Under the pieces are notes generated by a model that did not search any database, was not told the DNA's origin, and saw only the letters and a list, made by a program, of their open reading frames with translations. 64,000 nucleotides of DNA from a bacterium (lineage in GTDB: Bacteria; Patescibacteriota; Minisyncoccia; Phycocordibacterales; UBA1006), in NCBI GenBank assembly GCA_037144045.1, contig JBAWXN010000004.1, positions 2,839 through 66,838 on the forward strand. The letters run 5' to 3'. Below are positions 57,311 to 64,000 of this stretch, in pieces; the first letter of the stretch is position 1; every line of letters starts with the position of its first letter. Position numbers and translations under genes: made by a program.

Positions 57311-57976
57311 TTATTGAGCAATAATTTTACCATCAGACAACGTAATAACACGATCACAGTAAACCGTATATTCCGGTTCATGGGTCACCATAACAATAGT
57401 CTGCCCAGCTGCATGTAATGAACGAAAGATATCAATTACCGCCTTACTTGATTCACTATCAAGGTTTGCCGTTGGTTCATCTGCAAATAAAATTTTTGGA
57501 TTATGAGCGACTGCACGTGCAATGGACACTCGCTGTTGTTCACCCCCTGACAATTGGCTCGGTAAATTGTTTTCACGGTGGGCTAACCCTATCTTTTCAA
57601 GTGACGCAATAGCAATTTTCTTCGCCTCTGATTCACTTTTTTCTTGCATCAGAAGTGGCACCATAATATTTTCAACAGCGGTCAGTTCTGGCACCAATGC
57701 ATAATCTTGAAAGATATATCCGAGATTATCCAGACGAAACTTGGTTCGTTCATCGTGACTCAGCATGGTTACTTCTTGGTTATCAACCATAATGGATCCG
57801 CTCGTTGGATGATCCAAGAGACTCATTTGATACATGAGCGTTGATTTTCCGGCCCCTGACTTCCCCATAATAGCTACAAACTCTCCAGAATTGATCTCTA
57901 ACGAAACCCCCTTAAGGACTTGGGTGAGTACATCACCATTTTGAAATTCTTTTGTAATATTTTTTACTTGAATCAT
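57311..57976 (-). CDS. ABC transporter ATP-binding protein (MacB/LolD type)
   Basis: GKSGAGKST, LSGGEQQR, ADEPTANLD. Confidence 0.95.
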   Translation of the reverse strand: MIQVKNITKEFQNGDVLTQVLKGVSLEINSGEFVAIMGKSGAGKSTLMYQMSLLDHPTSGSIMVDNQEVTMLSHDERTKFRLDNLGYIFQDYALVPELTAVENIMVPLLMQEKSESEAKKIAIASLEKIGLAHRENNLPSQLSGGEQQRVSIARAVAHNPKILFADEPTANLDSESSKAVIDIFRSLHAAGQTIVMVTHEPEYTVYCDRVITLSDGKIIAQ

Positions 57977-57980
57977 AGTG

Positions 57981-59237
57981 TTATCGCCCCAGGATACTAT
58001 CCAAGGTATTTTTACGAACAATCATACGAGCCGGAATAAATCCTGCAATAAGCGTTACTATCAACAATAATATAATACGAATTAACGTCCCAGAAGGTTC
58101 TGCAACCAGGATTCCATCAGAGAATGGGAAATTGATAGGGTGTTTTGCAACCAGTGGTACTAATACACCATATAAAATTATTGTACCTAATAATGAACCC
58201 AATACTGCATAGAAAAATGATTGCAATAAATATGATATCTGAATCGCAAGTGAAGACACGCCAATTCCTTTCATGATTCCAATAAATTTTCTACGAGTAA
58301 CTGCGTTAATGAAAATAACAATGAAAATAGTAATAGAAGCTACCACAATTCCAATGGCTCCAATCATATTACCGAGTACTCCGAATGCAAGCTTAATCTG
58401 ATTCAAGAAGTCAGGAATTGCTTCTGTTGCGGTTTGAATCTTAGTAAATTGATCAAAGCCGTTTTTAACAAATATCGCTTTTGATTCATCATCAGTAATT
58501 TGTGCTGTATGCCGCAAGGCGATTTCATTCACGTTCAAACTCCCTCGATCAGTAAGTCGTAAGAAATCACCTTCCGTGATAAATGCACGTATTGATACTT
58601 CACCCACCTTTGATTTAACAATTCCTTTTACCGTGAATTCTTGTGTTTTGCCATTTACTGTAATTTTCACCTTATCTCCTGGATAGGTTCCATCCAGAGA
58701 ATCGAATCCATCCCCAAATGATGATGAAAATCGTCGCAATAAGTTTGCACCCAATACTACATACCCACTTTCATTTGGGTCAAGATAGTCTCCTTCGATA
58801 ACATATTTCGAAATATTCGAAAAATTATCCTCACGTATCGGGTCAATACCAGCGAGCTGAGTCGCTGCGGTATCTGCCTTAGTGTTGAAATCACTACGTG
58901 TTTTATAGTTCGCTTCAACCGCACCTCCTGATAAAAAGCGATATGAATAATCAGCAACGGTGTTATCAGCTTTCATTGTAGCAATGATATCCTGACTCTT
59001 TGCAATATCAGGTTTACCAGACAACGTAGTCATAATAACATCACCCGTGTATTGCTCACGGTTAGCATTATTGCCCCCAACAATTAGCCCAATCAAAATA
59101 CCTGAAACAACTACCAAGTTCAAAAAGGTGAGAGTCATGATAAACACAATAAGTCCAGTAGTCCATCGACTCGCTCGTTTTAGTTGTCGTACCCCTAAGA
59201 ATATTCCTACCTTAAGAGAAGTTCCCAATGTAGCCAT
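57981..59237 (-). CDS. ABC transporter permease (FtsX/MacB-like)
   Basis: 1+3 TM topology, RRKFIGIMKGIG, FIPAR. Confidence 0.9.
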   Translation of the reverse strand: MATLGTSLKVGIFLGVRQLKRASRWTTGLIVFIMTLTFLNLVVVSGILIGLIVGGNNANREQYTGDVIMTTLSGKPDIAKSQDIIATMKADNTVADYSYRFLSGGAVEANYKTRSDFNTKADTAATQLAGIDPIREDNFSNISKYVIEGDYLDPNESGYVVLGANLLRRFSSSFGDGFDSLDGTYPGDKVKITVNGKTQEFTVKGIVKSKVGEVSIRAFITEGDFLRLTDRGSLNVNEIALRHTAQITDDESKAIFVKNGFDQFTKIQTATEAIPDFLNQIKLAFGVLGNMIGAIGIVVASITIFIVIFINAVTRRKFIGIMKGIGVSSLAIQISYLLQSFFYAVLGSLLGTIILYGVLVPLVAKHPINFPFSDGILVAEPSGTLIRIILLLIVTLIAGFIPARMIVRKNTLDSILGR

Positions 59238-59240
59238 ATA

Positions 59241-60584
59241 TTAAAGTGCTTCTGGATTTACCCGTTCCCCTTCACTGAGCCCCTTCACCACTTCGACCCT
59301 ACTATCACTTCCTCGTAATCCAGGAGTAATAAGTCGCTTTTCGGTCTTGTCATCAGTAACGATTACGTACACATATGACCCCGATGAATCAGTATGAATA
59401 TATGAAGCTGGGATGGTTACCACATTATTTTTTTGTTGCGCGATAATTGTAGCAGTCGCTGTCATTCCTGATCGAATACGATCATCAGCCTTCGCAAACG
59501 AAACCTTGGTTTCATATACTGGTACTCCATCAACAATAGTTTCAGCAGGATTTATTGAAGTAATTTTTCCTGGGAATACCACGTCTTTACCATAGGCATC
59601 AAGGCGAATATCTGCTGACATACCTACGGTTAATTTTGCAACACTAATTTCTGGAACTTTAAGTACTACCTCATAATCATTTTGAGAGATCAGAGTAATC
59701 ATACCTGTTTGATTGGCATCACTTGAAATAGTAGATCCAACTGCTTCACCTTGCTTAACCCCCACCTTTGCAATAGTACCCGCAAATGGGGCATAGATCC
59801 TTCGTTTAGCCATTTGAGAACTCACACTATCAGCGGTAAGCCGTGCGTCGTTAATTACTCGTTCTCGAGTAGCTTTGGCTGATTCATATGCGTTTAAATA
59901 CGTAGCATAGGTTGTTGCTCGCTTGTTTGGAATTGATACAGTCCAGTTGGTTCGTATGTAGGAAAATCCAGGAGGAAATTCAATATAGAGCCCCCGTGAC
60001 CCGAGCGGTACTGATATACCTGGAGCAACGGGTTGATTAAACCCATTTTCAAGTCCTGATACTTCAAAAGAAGCACCCGACGCTGCGTTTGAACCATATA
60101 CTCGGATACGATAATCACCTTCATCACCAGAATAAACCCCAGTGATAGTTGGTGATGTTTCCCGCGCGTTCAAATCATCAGATACAGCCCCTAAATTTCC
60201 TGAAATAAGGTTTCGGTACGCATTTGCAACCAACGCGTCTTGTTCTCGAGTTATTTTTGCAACATCACTTGAATATAAATCGCTTGTGTCGATACTTGCG
60301 AGTAGTTGCCCTTGCGATACCTTATCACCTTCCTTAACCAAGACTCGATTAACACGTCCCTGTCCTGCAAATCCTAAATCAACCTCACTCGCTGATTGGG
60401 TACGTCCTGAAAGGACTACACTGTCTACTACATTCCCTGTAGTAACAGTAGTTATCCCTGTTGCTGGTGAAGCATCTTTGTTTTTAACTAAAATAACAAT
60501 CCCGACAATAATAACTAGTGCAATCATTGCCCAAATTATCTTGCTAGCTTTATAATTATCCCAAACTTGTTTTATTTGTTGCAT
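59241..60584 (-). CDS. periplasmic adaptor subunit (MacA/HlyD-like)
   Basis: VKEGDKVSQGQLLA, IYAPFAG, RSGMTA. Confidence 0.9.
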   Translation of the reverse strand: MQQIKQVWDNYKASKIIWAMIALVIIVGIVILVKNKDASPATGITTVTTGNVVDSVVLSGRTQSASEVDLGFAGQGRVNRVLVKEGDKVSQGQLLASIDTSDLYSSDVAKITREQDALVANAYRNLISGNLGAVSDDLNARETSPTITGVYSGDEGDYRIRVYGSNAASGASFEVSGLENGFNQPVAPGISVPLGSRGLYIEFPPGFSYIRTNWTVSIPNKRATTYATYLNAYESAKATRERVINDARLTADSVSSQMAKRRIYAPFAGTIAKVGVKQGEAVGSTISSDANQTGMITLISQNDYEVVLKVPEISVAKLTVGMSADIRLDAYGKDVVFPGKITSINPAETIVDGVPVYETKVSFAKADDRIRSGMTATATIIAQQKNNVVTIPASYIHTDSSGSYVYVIVTDDKTEKRLITPGLRGSDSRVEVVKGLSEGERVNPEAL

Positions 60585-60591
60585 AGTTCTA

Positions 60592-61161
60592 TTATTTATC
60601 TCCAGAATACTGGATTTGATTATCGGCTACTAACGTAAATGTCTTTGTTGACTTCCCTACCTTAACAGAATATTTTCCTGCGGCAAGCCCTTCTACAGGA
60701 ATATCAACTACACTATCACCTGGAACTAAATTTTTAGTACATGGCGCGTCTTTTTGAGCTCGAGACGTAAGACTCACCGTAAATACCTTACCTGATCCAG
60801 TTACAGTCGGCGTATCAAGTACCGCACAATTACCTGAAAGGTTATATCCTACCCGCGCTTGAACTTTTTGTGGAAACGTTTGCAAATTAACCACGTCTAA
60901 ACTTGTTACCCCTACTGGTAATTCGATAGTTTCTACAGCTCCAAGCACTGATGTTGTTACGGAATTTTTAACTGAACTAGACTGATTTGCAGTTCGTACA
61001 GTTTCAGTAGTGACAGTATCTGCTTGCGTATCAGCCTTATTAAGAGACTTTTGAGTAGCGCCATATACCAGCGCAATAATCATTACCACAAGGATAATTC
61101 CTCCAATAATCCATAGAGTCTTTTTACCATTTGATTCATTTTGATCGTAATTCATTTCCAT
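60592..61161 (-). CDS. membrane-anchored hypothetical protein
   Basis: N-terminal TM, Thr-rich linker, beta-rich domain with two Cys. Confidence 0.7.
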   Translation of the reverse strand: MEMNYDQNESNGKKTLWIIGGIILVVMIIALVYGATQKSLNKADTQADTVTTETVRTANQSSSVKNSVTTSVLGAVETIELPVGVTSLDVVNLQTFPQKVQARVGYNLSGNCAVLDTPTVTGSGKVFTVSLTSRAQKDAPCTKNLVPGDSVVDIPVEGLAAGKYSVKVGKSTKTFTLVADNQIQYSGDK

Positions 61162-61179
61162 ACATTTATTTTAAATTAA

Positions 61180-61947
61180 TTAGTTATTACTTGATAATGA
61201 TTCGTTTATTGATTTTCGTGTCATGGGCCCAGCAATTCCATCATCAACCAGTCCATGATTTTGCTGGTACACACGAAGCGCATCTCGAGTCCTTGTCCCA
61301 AAGAAATAGCCTTCATTACCTCGAGATCCGATACCGGTAGCAACAACTGCTGCATTATGAGTATTTAAAAAACGTTGTAATAATTGTACTTCGTAATCGT
61401 ACACTCCTAACGAAAGAGGTTTCGTAAGCAGTTCAACGTTAGGCTTTTTATCATCATTTTGATTCCACCAAACCGTTGCTTGAGGAATCCTTCTCCCTGA
61501 TTGTGAACCTGTCGGTACTGGGGCCGAGTCAACAGGACCAGAAAGAGTTACTGAGATATTATTTTGAAATAAATTATAATATTCAGAATTAGAAGTCGTA
61601 GTCATTCTTACTGTAACAGTATTAGGACCCCCTTCAACTGCATTCCCTACTTTGGTAAGAGTAATTGTTTTCTGCTGTGACCACTCATTTTGTAAAAAAA
61701 TAACTTTTTTTGGACTTACAGTAACCCGAGGATCACTCGGTGAAAACCTCAGAGTAACCTGACCAACCCCTGATTCACTGGGTGCAATGATAGGGTTGTC
61801 TAAACTTATAGTAATAGTCTGACTATCTCCATTGTTTTGCAAGGTCGTCGTCTGAGGAGTAAGTGAAACCCGTCCGTTCGCTGCACACGAATGGGAACTT
61901 ACCATGAAAATACTTATAATAATAATCGAATAGAGGGTTTTTTTCAT
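61180..61947 (-). CDS. secreted protein with C-terminal peptidoglycan-binding domain
   Basis: Signal peptide; EVQLLQRFLN...FFGTRTRDALRVYQ...DGIAGPMTR. Confidence 0.85.
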   Translation of the reverse strand: MKKTLYSIIIISIFMVSSHSCAANGRVSLTPQTTTLQNNGDSQTITISLDNPIIAPSESGVGQVTLRFSPSDPRVTVSPKKVIFLQNEWSQQKTITLTKVGNAVEGGPNTVTVRMTTTSNSEYYNLFQNNISVTLSGPVDSAPVPTGSQSGRRIPQATVWWNQNDDKKPNVELLTKPLSLGVYDYEVQLLQRFLNTHNAAVVATGIGSRGNEGYFFGTRTRDALRVYQQNHGLVDDGIAGPMTRKSINESLSSNN

Positions 61948-62028
61948 AAAATAACAACCTCATTATAGCATAAAACTTATCACTCCCAATCAAAAAACCC
62001 TTTCACAACGAGAGGGTTTTTTGATTCA

Positions 62029-63834
62029 TTAATCGTCTTTACGTTTGTTTTTTGAACGTTCAGATTCTTTCAAGAATTGCTTACGGAGGCGTGTTGATTT
62101 TGGAGTAATTTCCAAGAATTCATCACCTGACATAATTTCAAGTCCTCGTTCAATAGTGATTTGAATCGGTGGAACCAAGAGAATGGTTTCATCAGTTCCA
62201 GAAGCACGCATGTTAGTAAGTTGTTTTCCTTTGGTTGGATTTACCACCATTTCATCACCTTTTGAGGTGTTTCCAACAACCATACCTTCATATACTTCAA
62301 CTTGAGGACCAATATACAACTGTCCTCGGTCTTGTAGGTTTCCAAGGGCAAATCCAAGCACCTTTCCAGACTCCATAGAAGTCATAGATCCGGTAGCTCG
62401 TTTTTCGATTGGTCCAGCATAGGCACGGAATTCCAAGAATCGTGACGCAATAATACCTTCACCTTTCGTATCAATCATGAAGATTCCTCGGTATCCAAAG
62501 AGTCCTCGTGTTGGTCCTTCGAAAATCATACGTACGGTGTTTTCATGAATTTTCATGTCTTTCATGATAAACGCGCGCTTTCCTAGTTTTTCAATAATAG
62601 CTCCTTGGAATTCTGAAGGCACATCTACGGTTACTTCTTCGAATGGTTCTGATTTAACTCCATCAATTTCCTTAATGATTGCTTGAGGCTGTGATACCTG
62701 GATTTCAAATCCTTCACGACGCATGTTTTCAAGGAGTACTGCAATATGCATTTCACCTCGTCCAAACACTTTAAATCCTTCAAGGGATCGGTCTGGATCG
62801 GGATTAAAATCAACACGGAGTCCCACGTTAATTTCAAGTTCCTTTTCAAGACGTTCACGAATTTGTCGTGTCGTTACAAACTTACCTTCACGTCCTGCGA
62901 ATGGTGAGTTGTTTACCAAGAAGTCGAGTTTAATGGTTGGTTCATCAACCGTAATTGCTGGGAGCGCTTCTGCGTCAGCATTAGTTGCAACCGTTTCCCC
63001 GATAAAGATATCTGAGATACCTGCAATCATTACAATATCACCCGCGATTGCTTCTTCTACTTCTTTACGCTTAGTTCCTTCGAACGTACACAATTTGGTA
63101 ATTTTTCCTGAACGGCGTGCGCCGGTCAACGGATTCACAATGGTTACTGATTGTCCGTTTTTAATAATACCTTCGTATACACGCCCAATTCCCAATCGGC
63201 CAAGGAAGTTATCGTATGCCAAGTTAAATGGCTGCATACGGAACGGTTTTGAGGTGTCGTTCGCTGCTGGAGGAACTTTTTCAAGAACCGTATCAAACAA
63301 TGGCTTGAGGTCTACTAATTCATCAGACATTTCTCGTTTAGCAGTACCATCACGTCCAATAGCGTATACCGTAGTAAAATCAAGCTGTTCATCAGTTGCT
63401 CCTAATTCCATAAACAATTCAAATACTTCGTCATGCGCTTTTTTTACATCAGCACCTGGCTTGTCGATTTTGTTTAATACCAAAATTGGTTTCAATCCCA
63501 ATTCAAGAGATTTTTTAAGCACGAATCGAGTCTGTGGCATAGGTCCTTCCTGTGCGTCCACCACCAAAAGTACTGAGTCAATTGATCGGAGTACTCGTTC
63601 TACTTCCGAACCGAAGTCGGCGTGTCCTGGTGTGTCTACAATGTTAATCTTGGTGTCTTTGTAAAAAACAGAAGTGTTTTTTGCGTAAATAGTAATACCA
63701 CGTTCTTGTTCAAGAGCGTTTGAGTCCATTGATACTCCTTCTTCTCGCATACCACACTGTTCAAGCATGTTATCCGTAAGTGTTGTTTTTCCGTGGTCTA
63801 CGTGGGCAATAATTGCAATGTTTCGAATTTCCAT
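62029..63834 (-). CDS. typA: translational GTPase TypA/BipA
   Basis: [33 protein letters not shown]. Confidence 0.98.
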   Translation of the reverse strand: MEIRNIAIIAHVDHGKTTLTDNMLEQCGMREEGVSMDSNALEQERGITIYAKNTSVFYKDTKINIVDTPGHADFGSEVERVLRSIDSVLLVVDAQEGPMPQTRFVLKKSLELGLKPILVLNKIDKPGADVKKAHDEVFELFMELGATDEQLDFTTVYAIGRDGTAKREMSDELVDLKPLFDTVLEKVPPAANDTSKPFRMQPFNLAYDNFLGRLGIGRVYEGIIKNGQSVTIVNPLTGARRSGKITKLCTFEGTKRKEVEEAIAGDIVMIAGISDIFIGETVATNADAEALPAITVDEPTIKLDFLVNNSPFAGREGKFVTTRQIRERLEKELEINVGLRVDFNPDPDRSLEGFKVFGRGEMHIAVLLENMRREGFEIQVSQPQAIIKEIDGVKSEPFEEVTVDVPSEFQGAIIEKLGKRAFIMKDMKIHENTVRMIFEGPTRGLFGYRGIFMIDTKGEGIIASRFLEFRAYAGPIEKRATGSMTSMESGKVLGFALGNLQDRGQLYIGPQVEVYEGMVVGNTSKGDEMVVNPTKGKQLTNMRASGTDETILLVPPIQITIERGLEIMSGDEFLEITPKSTRLRKQFLKESERSKNKRKDD

Positions 63835-63927
63835 AAGTAATTAGAATAATGATTAGAACCATTACTGTACACGAAATTTGACAAAATGTCCAGTATTTTT
63901 CATTGTTTTATAAAACAAAACCCCTTA

Positions 63928-63999
63928 TTAAGGAGTTGTTGTGGTATCTGTTTCAGTTATAGGACTCGGTTCGGGAACTATTGGACTTGGGTCAGTAGT
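63928..63999 (-). CDS. partial CDS (3' end), Pro/Thr-rich tail
   Basis: TTDPSPIVPEPSPITETDTTTTP-stop, running in from the window edge. Confidence 0.45.
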   Translation of the reverse strand, partial: TTDPSPIVPEPSPITETDTTTTP

Positions 64000-64000
64000 T

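Noticed and set aside
62723-63664. 313-aa + strand ORF
   Set aside because: Antisense shadow of typA with no recognisable motifs
1-64000. Alternative genetic code (TGA=Gly) as in Gracilibacteria/Absconditabacteria
   Set aside because: Core genes are full length in code 11, and TGA acts as a stop in ATGA overlaps (46909-46912, 16493-16496)

Overview
A 64 kb chromosomal segment in standard genetic code 11, most consistent with a Patescibacteria/CPR (Parcubacteria-like) genome. That assignment is inferred from compact or degenerate PriA, UvrC, ValS and HolB, a CPR-style bS21, tRNAs without encoded CCA and many apparently leaderless genes. Core genes: rseP, frr, mreB, murA, priA, rpsU, ybeY, ftsA, ftsZ, trxB, gmk, tsaD, valS, lepA, murJ, leuS, murI, murB, secG, rnj, typA, a MacAB-like ABC system and three tRNAs (Glu-TTC, Phe-GAA, Arg-CCT). 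These are interleaved with single accessory genes. Most notable: (1) a 1.6 kb module between trmH and leuS, bounded by identical 27-bp terminator-like direct repeats with a third internal copy, encoding a Tad1/Acb2-like nucleotide-sponge candidate, an MTH1-like NUDIX hydrolase and an acylphosphatase-like protein; (2) a DUF559 endonuclease gene between 60-bp inverted repeats with internal palindromes; (3) a SemiSWEET/PQ-loop-like + HAD phosphatase fusion; (4) a miniature serpin-like gene; (5) a Bacteroidota T9SS-cargo-like protein; (6) a NUDIX domain inside LeuRS, a REP-like hairpin in frame inside tsaD, and a frameshifted holB. All family calls come from motif recognition by eye; no searches were run.
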